Positions 48,782 through 59,483 of a stretch of DNA of 64,000 nucleotides are shown piece after piece. The translations under genes and the position numbers were made by a program. The DNA is from Elsinoe ampelina (Eukaryota). Location of the stretch: assembly GCA_010093995.1 (NCBI GenBank), contig ML992514.1, forward strand, positions 1-64,000. The letters run 5' to 3'. The notes under the pieces are model-generated. The model ran no database searches. It saw nothing but the letters and a program-made list of their open reading frames with translations, and was not told the DNA's origin. Within the stretch, counting starts at the first letter, position 1. Each line of letters starts with the position of its first letter.

Positions 48782-49168
48782 ATTTCGGTCTCTTCGCAGC
48801 ATGACTCGACAAGCGTAACACGTGACCTACTCAAGCGTCCGCCAAGCCACACTAGTGTCTATCATGTTCAGCTTTAATCTATTTCGTCTCTGGGCCTGCC
48901 TAAGTAAAGTAGCGGCCCAGATACCACCAATCAGGTGCCACGACCCGAACGGCGCAGCAATGCTCCATCTAATATCCAGAAAATCGCAATCACTCTTACG
49001 AGCGGAGCTTTTCTGGCCTTCCTTGGACGCACCTTAAGTATGGTTGCGAAGGCAGAGCAATATCTACCACTGCTTCAAGGCGTAAATGTGCCATGATGTC
49101 TCTCTCGCATCATCCATCCCCATTCCATACCTCGCATCTCGGACGAGGAAGGTGGAGACATTCAGACT

Positions 49169-50983
49169 ATGCTCGTCCAATGGAGCCTCCTGCTGCCGTT
49201 CGCGTATGCTCAAGTACCGAGCGCCACAGATCTTGGTGATGGTCCACCGTCGATGTCGAATATATCGACGAGCTCGGTGTCAAACAGTGTGAACAATACG
49301 TCACTCCAGGAGGACGTCTCACCTATATGCTATTGCCACCACGACTGGATGCCGCAAATACTGGCATGGGACCGTCCGGAGACAGATACCTTTACGGCAG
49401 CTACCGTCACCAACGTCTACAACGAGGCGGGCGTTCAGATCTGGCACACACTTTCGCTCGTCGAACCCTTCTGGTCGGGCTACGACACATACCTCAACGA
49501 AACAGACACGGTCACAACCCCGATCACCACCGCCAGCGATGGCCGAAAGATAGCCGAGTACAGTCATCAAGGTACGATCGTGACTTTGACTTTCCCGGAG
49601 GAGCGCTACTTCTCCTCGACAGCATTTCAGTATCAGAAGGTTACTACCATCTGGAGCGGGAACGTCCCATCCTGCTCTTGGTATCAGGCTATGACACTAA
49701 CTCTTCCCTCGACTCCTTCTCGAACACTTTCCACCCCGTACGCTTACATTCGACCGGAGTACAATGACCCTCTCGGCCACGAATACAATCTAGTCATGAG
49801 GCCTTGGGGAGGGACCGATGAAGTGAACAACCCACCTCGCTTCCTTTGGCCAGACAATGAGGTGTTCTCTTCTTGTGAATGGTATCCAGTCGGCGATGAT
49901 CGGCCGCCTACCGACACTGTCGGAGGACCTCAGACGCTGACCACCGCGAGATTGCTGACGGTGACATCCAATTTCATCGCAAAGGGCTCCCTGACGATCC
50001 CAGTGCTTGATCCAGATCCTACCATCTTTGATCTCGCGCTGGGACCCGTACCATCCGGCCCACGTCCGTCCGACACGGGCATACAAGCAAGACCTGGGCC
50101 GGCGATAGTCACGGGTCCGACTCGGACAGCACTACCAGTGGGAGGAACTGCAGATGCTCTTGTGTCGTCGTCCACACATGTCGGTGGTGGCAAGATCCCG
50201 CCAACTTTCACAGAGAACGATGGACTGTCAATCGGTTCTGCGCTAGGGGACATACATGATGACACACAACCCATTTCACCAAGCCACATAACCGGTGCGA
50301 AGGCAGACTCAGACCTCAACGCGTCCCCTAGTCGAAGCCTACCTCAATCGCTTGTCATTGGATCTGCAACGTACAGCGTCAGTGTCGTCGACCAAGTACT
50401 TGGACCGAGAGGGACACCCATGACCATTGGAAAGACTGTTTACGTCGGTACTGGTGATCATGTCACTAGCGTGATCCTCACCACAAATGCAATCGGCGCC
50501 AAGGTCTTGATCGCAGACGGTACTAGCACGGCTGTATTGCCTACTTCCACAGAAATGATCTCCTTTGGTGGAGAGACGTACAGTATGAAATCAAGTCCGA
50601 TATTGATTGGTCCAAATGGACAAGTCCTCAAAATGGGAGAGACGTTATATGCTGGTTCTGGTGCGGGTCGGACAACCATGGTGCTCACTTCGGATGTGCT
50701 GGGGCAGGCAGTCGTCGTGGTCAAGGATATCAGGGGCACGAGCACGGTGAGACTGGCATCACCGACCCTTTCAGGTGTTACTGGCGCCATCGTGAGAGGA
50801 ATCGATGGGGTTCTGGAAGGGGCTACAGGCACGAGAATCAGCTCTGGCCTCAAGAGCAAAGCAAGTGCGACTGAAAACAGGCCAGCGCCATTCATTGGTG
50901 ATGGCGTTAGAGCGATTCGATTTGGCATGAGTATCAACGCTCTGTGCGTTGCAGGCTTGATTATTGTACTAATAGCTCTATAA
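49169..50983 (+). CDS. Secreted, putatively GPI-anchored surface protein (paralogue 2)
   Basis: Signal peptide MLVQWSLLLPFAYA; TDTFTAATVTNVY; DPLG..WP..VF.SC; LTTNAIG; FIGDG plus hydrophobic tail. Confidence 0.85.
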   Translation: MLVQWSLLLPFAYAQVPSATDLGDGPPSMSNISTSSVSNSVNNTSLQEDVSPICYCHHDWMPQILAWDRPETDTFTAATVTNVYNEAGVQIWHTLSLVEPFWSGYDTYLNETDTVTTPITTASDGRKIAEYSHQGTIVTLTFPEERYFSSTAFQYQKVTTIWSGNVPSCSWYQAMTLTLPSTPSRTLSTPYAYIRPEYNDPLGHEYNLVMRPWGGTDEVNNPPRFLWPDNEVFSSCEWYPVGDDRPPTDTVGGPQTLTTARLLTVTSNFIAKGSLTIPVLDPDPTIFDLALGPVPSGPRPSDTGIQARPGPAIVTGPTRTALPVGGTADALVSSSTHVGGGKIPPTFTENDGLSIGSALGDIHDDTQPISPSHITGAKADSDLNASPSRSLPQSLVIGSATYSVSVVDQVLGPRGTPMTIGKTVYVGTGDHVTSVILTTNAIGAKVLIADGTSTAVLPTSTEMISFGGETYSMKSSPILIGPNGQVLKMGETLYAGSGAGRTTMVLTSDVLGQAVVVVKDIRGTSTVRLASPTLSGVTGAIVRGIDGVLEGATGTRISSGLKSKASATENRPAPFIGDGVRAIRFGMSINALCVAGLIIVLIAL

Positions 50984-51677
50984 GAATGATGACGAGCAGC
51001 ACGTAGCTGCGATACCAATGTATTACACATCTAACTCCTACGAGACAGTCCTATGGCGCATGAGATGCATGATCGAAGGGGCTGCGTAGCTTGAGGAAAC
51101 ATCTGCAACGGGCCCCAAGGCCTAGGTATCAACTGCCGCAGATGCACTCGCTTGGTCTGTCAAATAGCAGCGTTGATGGAGCTTCGGACACGTCTCTGTC
51201 CTACCAGACTTCTTCCCAGTATTCTGTGGTCAGGGTCTGTGTCACCGCACCTGCGGTCTCAGGTTCCAGCTAAGTCGTCTACCTTATACCCGAAGTAGAC
51301 ACTTTGTCCTGTGCCAAGATAAGAGATTTTGATTGGAAGTAACGTATCAGCTATGATATAGAGCATCGCCTGTAGGACTGGCGTGCAAATGATCCAGATC
51401 TATGTGTCGTCGGATCTTTACTTATAGGGTGCAGTGTGTGACTGCTAGGCCAATCATGCTGTGTCCGGAACTAGGTATTGGATGACAGAATATGCAGCCA
51501 CATTCGGCCATCCCTATTGCCGAGACATCCTTCAGCTCAGCTGAAATACGACACGAGATCTCTCAAGCTGTTCTTGACGCCCTAGGTCTCAAGTTTGCGA
51601 ACGGACACCAACGTCGACCTCCGTTCTACGATATATCGTGCAAGAGATCATTTTAAACAGACCTGCTCCCTTCTTTA

Positions 51678-53371
51678 ATGTTTGCAACGGCCCTTTTTCT
51701 ACTCGTCGACCTATGCGTTCGAGGTATGCAGTCTACTCAACTCATCGAGATTGCGGCTGAACATGATATAGGTACGAGAGCGGCATCGAGCTCTAAACTT
51801 CCACCACCAGAGTGCAACGCAAGCTGCACCTTCGAGGTACCTCATGTGCAATCCTACTATTGGGCACATGCTGCTGTGACGGAGACCATTACTGCTGCCA
51901 CCATTGTCAATGTGTACGATGAGAATACTAACCTGACCAGCATAACCACGCTTCTAGCAGAGCTGCCATCCGGGCTGAAACCAACCAAGACAGCGCCAGA
52001 TGGCCATCAGATCGCGGTGGTTAGCAATACGACTGTTACATACCCCACTGGATGGTTCCGAGCAGAAACTATATACACCTTCAGTGGCCGTCTACCGACA
52101 CTGGATGCCTTTGGTCAACCTGCTTGCTGGTCGGTCAACAGTCGGACAGTCGCAACCCTGCAGACGACATCGACAGTACCTTACAACGTGAGTGGTCCCC
52201 GCGTGGACCCCAATGACCCACTCGACCACGGTCACGTCCTATACAGTACACTCTTCGACGGGTTATATGAGGCGGAGGTATGGCCAGATGAAGCAGTCTT
52301 CCAGTCTTGCAATATCACCCGCACTGCTTGGGGGCCGGCGATACTGACGATTGCGAAATTCCTCACGATAACGACGGACTCGGTCATAAAGAAATCGCTC
52401 ACGATCGCTGGAGCGATGATCACGGCAGAGGCGATGTCTACTTCTCAAAGCATGACGCCACGGCCAGCCTACCGGTCATGTATATGCCGGTGCAGACTCC
52501 TGGGCCAGGATCTGTGGTCTCCCCACCGGTGAGTAGGCGTCCGGATGATTCGTCCGAGCGCTCGAACATCCACCCAGCAGCAATGCCAGCGGGACCCGCC
52601 CCAGCAGAGAACCCCACTCAAGGGAACATCAAATATCCCCATGCCCCAGCATCTAGTGAGGCTGAAGGTACCAACTTTCTCCATCTCCCTATCCTGCCGC
52701 AGCAGGTCAAAGGGCGATTCTCTCTTGGTGGCTACACCCTCACCAGAACCAGTGGTACGTTGCTTCTTGCAAGCGATGGCAGCGAGATACAGCCTGGCAA
52801 GACTTTTTTTCTGCCCTTGGGAACCACCAGTAGCCCGGGTGTCTTGACGACGAATGCTGCTGGCTCCTACGCCATCGTTGTTGCCGGAACCACTGCCGCG
52901 CTTCCGATCTCGACGACAGGAGCGATCATGATTGCTAAGCAGACCTTTCTACAATATCATGGAGACTACATTATTGGTCCTGATGGTCGTCCCTATGGTG
53001 TGGATAGCACTGTCAAGGGTGAGACTGGCGAAGGAGGGAACAGAATAGTGGTGTTTTTGACCACAAACGCTGTCGGTGCCACAGTCTTACTCGCTGAAGG
53101 CATGAGGGAGGCTACACTGCCCAGCCCGACTGGTTTCAACATTGCGAATGCGATCATAGAGGGTATTGGTGGAGTAGCTGTTGGGGTTTCCACGGTTGGA
53201 CGAGTGCCTCATGGAGATCTGACGGGGATCTCTCGCACTGGCAGAGCCCATGTCAGCTCGCCTTTTCCTTTCACCGGAGGTAGCAGTAGATCTACGAGAC
53301 TGGCTGTGAGCATGAAAGCAATATTGACCGTCGTTGGAGTAGTTGTGGTCGCGTCATTTCAGCTATTCTGA
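51678..53371 (+). pseudogene. Paralogue 3 of the surface-protein family, split by an apparent 1-nt frameshift near 52450
   Basis: N-terminal domain lies in ORF 51678-52532; LTTNAxG repeats and GPI tail lie in ORF 52307-53371 (different frame). No frame-restoring intron found. Confidence 0.65.
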
Positions 53372-53860
53372 GGGATGCGGTCGCTGTGCCTGAAGGGTAA
53401 CTTGTGGCGCAACAACTGCGCCCAAGGACTAGTGTACTACCAGTCTTTTTGGCGTGTCGATATGAGTAGCTGTATAACTGAGGTCGATACATGATCATGT
53501 AGGCATCTTGTGAGACTGTCATGCCTTGTGCGGACATCAGGAAACCGGCAAAGCACAAGCCACACAAGCAAGCCCAGCCACAAACATGACGTAGCCTGGT
53601 TTTAGCGCCGCGTGGGCTTGCAGGAAGCGAAACTGAGGTGGAACTTCTCATTGAGAGCTTCATTCTTGGTCACAGCAGCCCTTTCTGAGCTTCTGACCTC
53701 TTCAAATACCATTGTTACTTCACACACTCTCATACGCCTCACATTGTACTCGACAGCTACTACATCACTCGCATGATCTGCTAAGGAGACCCTTTATCAC
53801 ATCACCCTCTCCCACCGACCTCTGCTTGACCGCTTCCAATCCTCTCCAACCGCGACTGTC

Positions 53861-54714
53861 ATGTCGCGAAGAACCAACGCCATGGCGAACGGGGTCAAGA
53901 ACGATGCTCCGGCCAATTCACCCTGTCAGTATTTACCTACCTGTCAATCCTCGCAGAGTCTAACAACCTTTCAGCAGAGGACAAGCAGAAACGCATCCTC
54001 CAATCCACAAACACCGGCCACTTCTCGATGATCCGTGCCCTCCACCTCGCAGACATAATCACTCTCGGCAATGGTAATCGCCCTTACTCCCTTCCTCCCT
54101 CAATCACTAACCCCCTCCAAGGCTTTTGCGGCGTCATGTCCATCTTCTCCTCCCTCCGCTACTGCATCGACACCCCCACCTCCGGCGTCCTCTCCACCCT
54201 CTCTCCACCTGCCAAAACCAACCTCTGGCTCGCCCTCTCCTTCATGCCCTTTGGTCTGTTCTTCGACTTTCTCGACGGTCGCGTCGCCCGTTGGCGCCGT
54301 AAGACTTCTCTCATGGGCGCCCAGCTGGACTCGCTCGCCGATCTGATTAGCTTTGGTGTCTCCCCCGCCGTCGCGGCCTTCGCGCTCGGTATTCGTAGCC
54401 CAGTCGACCATTTCCTGTTGACGTTCTTCGTGCTTTGTGGACTGTCGAGGCTGGCGAGGTTCAATGTCACGAGCGAGGATGTGCCGCATGATGAGTCGGG
54501 CAAGGCAAAGTACTTTGAGGGAACGCCGATTCCGAGCTCTTTGGGGATCGCAGCTTGGATGGCGGTCTGGGTGTCGAAAGGTTGGTTGGGAGACAATGTG
54601 CCATTTGGTGTGGCTGGAAAAGGACAGACCTGGGAGTTTCATCCTGTGGTTCTGGCGTTTGTGCTTCATGGATGTGCGATGGTCAGCAAGACGCTGCATG
54701 TGCCGAAGCCGTAG
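53861..54714 (+). CDS. CHO1: CDP-diacylglycerol-serine O-phosphatidyltransferase, 2 introns
   Basis: HFSMIRALHLADIITL; DFLDGRVAR..GAQLDSLADLISFG; RLARFN; YFEGTPIP. Confidence 0.95.
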
Positions 54715-54908
54715 ATGCTTGGGCGGGAATTAACAGCGTGTGAGGCAAGCGAGAAGCAACAAAGTGCTGTATCTCCTCATAGTCAAGAGGACAAGCGAGC
54801 GAGTGCTCGGAATGAATCAGGATCAATCATGCTTTCATTTCCCATCATACTTTTGTTCTTCCATGCGTCTAGCCTATCCCATACATGCATATGCTGAACC
54901 ACCCATCC

Positions 54909-57900
54909 CTACTCCAAACCAGCCCCTTCCAACCCCTCCCTCAATGCCTCCCACCCCTTTTTGCTCCACGGCGCAAGCATCACCCCCTTCATCGCCTCCC
55001 CCACCCTCCCCGTCCCACTGAACGCCCCCGCCAACTCCTCCGCCCCCACCTCCCCCAAAGGCGGCACAGACCTCTGCGCCACCAACAGTGCCATATCAGC
55101 CGCGTATCCATCCCCCTCCATCTCACTCAACAATTTCCACCTCACCACCTCCTCCGGCCCCAGCAACAAAGCGCGCTGCACCTCCTCCCTCGTCGCCCGA
55201 TCCCTCTCCGCCCCCTCCAACCCCACACCAGCAAGCGCGACCATCACCCTCGCCACCCTCTCCTTCTCCCGGGCAGAAACGGTGTCCAGCCCCTGCAAAC
55301 GGACCAGATCCTCCCTCACGGCCTCCACCGTCTCCGCGTCGCCGTCCATCCCCGCCATCGCGCCAAGCAACACCCAAGCGTCCACGTGATCTGGCTCCGT
55401 CTCCACAAGCCCGAGAAGTTGTTCGCGCGCCACCTCCCTCTCGTTGTCGCCGGCGTGCGCCCAGAGGACGCGGGAGAGGAGGCAGATGACGCCGGGGTCG
55501 GAGGCGGATTCCTCGAGCGCGGCGCGGAAGGCCGGGATGGATTCCTCGAGGGAGGAAGCGTAGAAGTGGGCGAGGCCGAGGACGAGGTGGGATGAGAGTC
55601 GGATTTTTTGGACCGAGATGGAGGATCGGGGAGGGGCCGAGAGGTCTTCGGTCAGGGAGAGGGCGGTTTCGGCGCGTTCGATGGCTTGGGGGAAGGAGGA
55701 TGTGGCGAGGTGGAGGCGGGCGAGGTCGGAAGTGGCGTGGGCGAAGTGCAGGAGGGTGAGGGGGGATTCGGTTTCTTCGTAGGATTGTTCGAGGTGGGAC
55801 GTGAGGGATATGAGGGTGGTGATGGCGGAGGGGTAGGAACCGACGCGTTCTGAGAGGAGGGCGGAGAGGTGTTGGAAGGTGAGGGAGGAGGGGAGTTGAG
55901 AGTGGAGTTGATGCAGGGCGAAGAGAGGTTGGATGAGTTGTGTGAGGGTTGGGGAGAGGGTTTTGGTGGAGACGAGGGTGTCGAAGAGGGAGATGGAGAA
56001 GGCCTTCTTAGCGATGAGGGAGGAGGAGTCGGAGATTTCGAAGGCGTGTGTGAAGTGGGAGAGGGCCTCGGATTGTGCGCCGATGGAGAGTGCGATGAGA
56101 CCTTCGCCTATCCAGGCGTGTGCATAGTCTGGATCTGTGGATTGAGCACGGCCAAAAGCCTGATGGGCGAGCTCGTGGTCGTTATTATTGAGGTACAAGA
56201 CGCCTAGGTTGGTCCAGGTCTGAGCACTTCGTTCGTTCAGATATAGAGAACGCACAAAGGCGTGCTGTGCAACCCGCACATTCAGGTTGGATGTCACCAC
56301 ACCAAGAGCGTTCCAGAATTCCGAGTTGCCAGCTTCCAGCTCGATAGCTCGCTTGAAGCATTTGACTGCTGCGAGCGAGAACTTCTTGGCTGAGCTTCCT
56401 GTCAAGTCAGTATAGACTCTGTACTCCGCCCAGCCCAGATTGTACCACGCCACGGCTTGTGCATGAATGTCGTGAGCGCAGCAGTGAATGGCTCGCTTGT
56501 AGGCAAGAAGTGCGGTCTCGAGATACTCGGTCGGCGATGTCTTGTTCTCATCTTTGTCGGTGCCTTTGATCGTCCCGTTGGTTGTGCCATTCGTTTTACC
56601 ATTCAACAGCTCCGAGGTTCCGACATGATCGACGTCAGCCAGAAGTTCAAGGACCTGCGTATCGATACCTGTGGTGACCAAGGACCGTACCTGCTCACCG
56701 GGGAACATTCCAGCATTTTCCTGTGTCCAGTGAAATACCGAGCAGGCATCCCCAACAGCCTTCCACAGATTGAAAGCTTCCGGTCTCGACTTGGCAATTT
56801 CCCCAGCGAGGTCAAGCGCATCTTTGCCACTGTCTGCAGCCTTGCCGAAGAAGCCACTGTCGATTTGCTTCCAGGCTCTCTCAACATAAGTTTGCAAGAG
56901 GGCTATGAGGACTCCAAATTCTTCAGACCTCTCCTTCAGCACTGCCTTGAGACGATCAATGGCTTCGTCATAGTCTCCAAGTTCTCTATGCACGTTGGCA
57001 AGCATGTATTCTGTGAACCACCGCTCGCCGCTGACCTGCATCTTGACACCATCGTGGGGCTCCTCGGCATAGTGGAAGGTTCGACTAGCGGAATTGTATC
57101 GTCCAGAGTTATGGTAGCTCTCACCCAGCCCGACGTAGGAATGATAGTCGTTCGGCGAGATGCGTAGGGCTGACAAAAAGGAAGTGATCGACTTGGTGTA
57201 CTCTTGTCTCATCATTTGTACCACTCCGAGAGCCGAGTAAGGCCAGCTGATCCCATGCTTCTTAGTTCCGGGAGGCGGCCGTGTCTTGCCAGAATCTACC
57301 ACACGTTGTGATACCAACTCCACAACGTCCCACTCTCCCTGATCGGCAAAAGCTCTCGCAAGACGCTCTGCAGCCTCAACTTCTGATGATGATAGCTCAA
57401 AAGCCTTCTGAAAGCATTGCCTGGCTCGCTTCTTGTCCCGAGCATAATCTGCATAGTAGAAACCAAGGCTGGTGTAAGCCGCTGCAAAGTTCGGGTCTAT
57501 TTTGATGGTGGTAAGGAAATGCGAGTATGCCCCGTTGCGATCTTTTCGTGCCGCCTTGGACGAATCGATTTCCCATATACATTTCCCGATCCTGTATTTT
57601 GTGAGTGCCCTGAGGGCTCGCGATTTCGGGTCTTCGTCTTTCTTCCTAATTTCGTCTAGATGCTCGATACATTCTTCAAGCTCATCAAGCGCTTCTTGGT
57701 GGTGGCCAGAAAGTGCGTTGCACCAGGCAGCCTCCACTCTGACCTTTGTATTGTGTGGTTCGAGTTTCAGCGCTTGTGAAAGCAAGTCTCTGGCTTTGGG
57801 ATATTCTTCCTGCTCTTCGAAGACGAGACCGAGACCAACAAGCGCGGATACCGACTCTGGCGTTCGTTCGAGGATGTCCTGTAAAAGTTCCCTAGCTTCA

Positions 57901-59168
57901 GGATGATTTTTGGGTGACTGATAGTGCACAAGCGAAGTTGCCAAAATTGCGTTGAAAGCGTCTCGAGCTTCCTGTAATACAATGCCGGCCTTCTTTTCTT
58001 CTACAAGCAAGAGCTTCAATCCGTTGCGAGTCGTATCAATCGCGCTTTCATACTCGTCGAGGTGAAGATAGTACTCCGCCGTCATGCGATGTGCGAGTGG
58101 CGAGCCTTTTCCATCGCCTAGACCTTCCGCCATGAGAAGTAATCGGTCCTCCGATGTAAGCTCTTCGGCGGTCTCTGAATCGTCGTCTTCGTTCGGAGGT
58201 GGCAGAGAGAAAGGTGAAATATCACACCGAAGAAAAGCGCGGAGGACTTTTGTGAGACCAGAGTCGGGAAAAAATTGGACGTATTCCAGGAGTGTGTTCA
58301 CATCAAGCTCGGCAATGTTTGCTGTATCCCGCCACTCCAGATCAACATCCCACGCTAGTCTGAAAGGGTGCTTGACAATTACCATCCCTCGTGCTGTTTC
58401 TATTACTTGCTGTCGTTTGATGTGTTTTAGCTCTTTTGGTATGACCGTCAGGATGTCATAAGCTCTTTGGAAGAGCTTCTCTTCGTAGCCTCTTCGGGTG
58501 ACATCGTCCTCGGTCCAGTCAATTGCTCCTCTATACAGAGCCTCGATATCACTCTGCTCATAGACTTCCTGCTTCACCTCCTCCGTAACTTTCGTTAGCC
58601 TTGCTCCAATCCTCGTCCGTCTCTCTGCGATCTCCTTGTTGATCCTGGTTTCTTCGTCTCTCTCGGTGATGTCTATGAGTCGCTTGAACGTCAGACTTGG
58701 ATGTGCTATTCGTCCCTCCAGAACATCCCACACAGGACTTCCGGGCAATAAGACTTGTAGAGCTCGCTTGTATTGACTAGTCGTGCCATGCTTTTTGACG
58801 TAGCCTGTGAGTTTGTCTATGATTGATTGCGACCTGTGCAAATCGCCTGATTGACCGAATAAGACAGCTAGACGCACAGCCACCTCTCCATACTCATCAA
58901 GGTACTTTGCTCCTTGCGATTCGTATAAAGAACATAGACCTTGCCACGCTTGCTTGTCGTCTGGCTTCAGATCCGCCGCTTCATGATAGACTTTGGCGGC
59001 CTTCTCAGTATCCCCTTTCTTCTCATAGGCTCGACCAAGGAAGAGCTTCGCGAAATGGTTCTTGTTGTCCGCAGCAATTACAACTTCAGATTGCGTGATT
59101 GCCTCATCCCAGTCCGAGTTGTCGATTGCCGCCTTTGCGGCCTTCAGAGCAGCTTTGGTACCAGACAT
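54909..59168 (-). CDS. SKI3: Superkiller complex TPR protein Ski3
   Basis: 1419-aa TPR-rich ORF; KAALKAAK N-terminus; RARQCFQKAFEL; AQHAFVRSL..N; C-terminal APW...W. Confidence 0.92.
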   Translation of the reverse strand: MSGTKAALKAAKAAIDNSDWDEAITQSEVVIAADNKNHFAKLFLGRAYEKKGDTEKAAKVYHEAADLKPDDKQAWQGLCSLYESQGAKYLDEYGEVAVRLAVLFGQSGDLHRSQSIIDKLTGYVKKHGTTSQYKRALQVLLPGSPVWDVLEGRIAHPSLTFKRLIDITERDEETRINKEIAERRTRIGARLTKVTEEVKQEVYEQSDIEALYRGAIDWTEDDVTRRGYEEKLFQRAYDILTVIPKELKHIKRQQVIETARGMVIVKHPFRLAWDVDLEWRDTANIAELDVNTLLEYVQFFPDSGLTKVLRAFLRCDISPFSLPPPNEDDDSETAEELTSEDRLLLMAEGLGDGKGSPLAHRMTAEYYLHLDEYESAIDTTRNGLKLLLVEEKKAGIVLQEARDAFNAILATSLVHYQSPKNHPEARELLQDILERTPESVSALVGLGLVFEEQEEYPKARDLLSQALKLEPHNTKVRVEAAWCNALSGHHQEALDELEECIEHLDEIRKKDEDPKSRALRALTKYRIGKCIWEIDSSKAARKDRNGAYSHFLTTIKIDPNFAAAYTSLGFYYADYARDKKRARQCFQKAFELSSSEVEAAERLARAFADQGEWDVVELVSQRVVDSGKTRPPPGTKKHGISWPYSALGVVQMMRQEYTKSITSFLSALRISPNDYHSYVGLGESYHNSGRYNSASRTFHYAEEPHDGVKMQVSGERWFTEYMLANVHRELGDYDEAIDRLKAVLKERSEEFGVLIALLQTYVERAWKQIDSGFFGKAADSGKDALDLAGEIAKSRPEAFNLWKAVGDACSVFHWTQENAGMFPGEQVRSLVTTGIDTQVLELLADVDHVGTSELLNGKTNGTTNGTIKGTDKDENKTSPTEYLETALLAYKRAIHCCAHDIHAQAVAWYNLGWAEYRVYTDLTGSSAKKFSLAAVKCFKRAIELEAGNSEFWNALGVVTSNLNVRVAQHAFVRSLYLNERSAQTWTNLGVLYLNNNDHELAHQAFGRAQSTDPDYAHAWIGEGLIALSIGAQSEALSHFTHAFEISDSSSLIAKKAFSISLFDTLVSTKTLSPTLTQLIQPLFALHQLHSQLPSSLTFQHLSALLSERVGSYPSAITTLISLTSHLEQSYEETESPLTLLHFAHATSDLARLHLATSSFPQAIERAETALSLTEDLSAPPRSSISVQKIRLSSHLVLGLAHFYASSLEESIPAFRAALEESASDPGVICLLSRVLWAHAGDNEREVAREQLLGLVETEPDHVDAWVLLGAMAGMDGDAETVEAVREDLVRLQGLDTVSAREKERVARVMVALAGVGLEGAERDRATREEVQRALLLGPEEVVRWKLLSEMEGDGYAADMALLVAQRSVPPLGEVGAEELAGAFSGTGRVGEAMKGVMLAPWSKKGWEALREGLEGAGLE

Positions 59169-59392
59169 TTCAAGGACCAGATCACGGAAACTTTGATTCG
59201 ATCATCGAAATAAGCACACCCGCAGTGCTAACAAGACCTCCGAAGCAAATTCATGCGATACATGTTGATCCAAGTCCCATCGAGCATGTGAAGTTTGAAA
59301 GTACGGTGACCTAAATATGCAGAAATGTAGCCTTCCTACGTCACTATCAGCATATTAACTCTTTTGACCCACTTGTTCCTGCAAGCACTGCA

Positions 59393-59416
59393 ACGCGTAC
59401 ACGACACGATCGCGTC
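59393..59416. promoter_or_regulatory. MCB elements in the divergent SKI3/DNA ligase promoter
   Basis: ACGCGT at 59393-59398 and TCGCGTC at about 59410. Confidence 0.5.
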
Positions 59417-59483
59417 TTGGATTGAACATTAGAGACATGGAGATACGCTCCCGCCGAACGCTCGTCTCTCTGAAGTATCCGTC

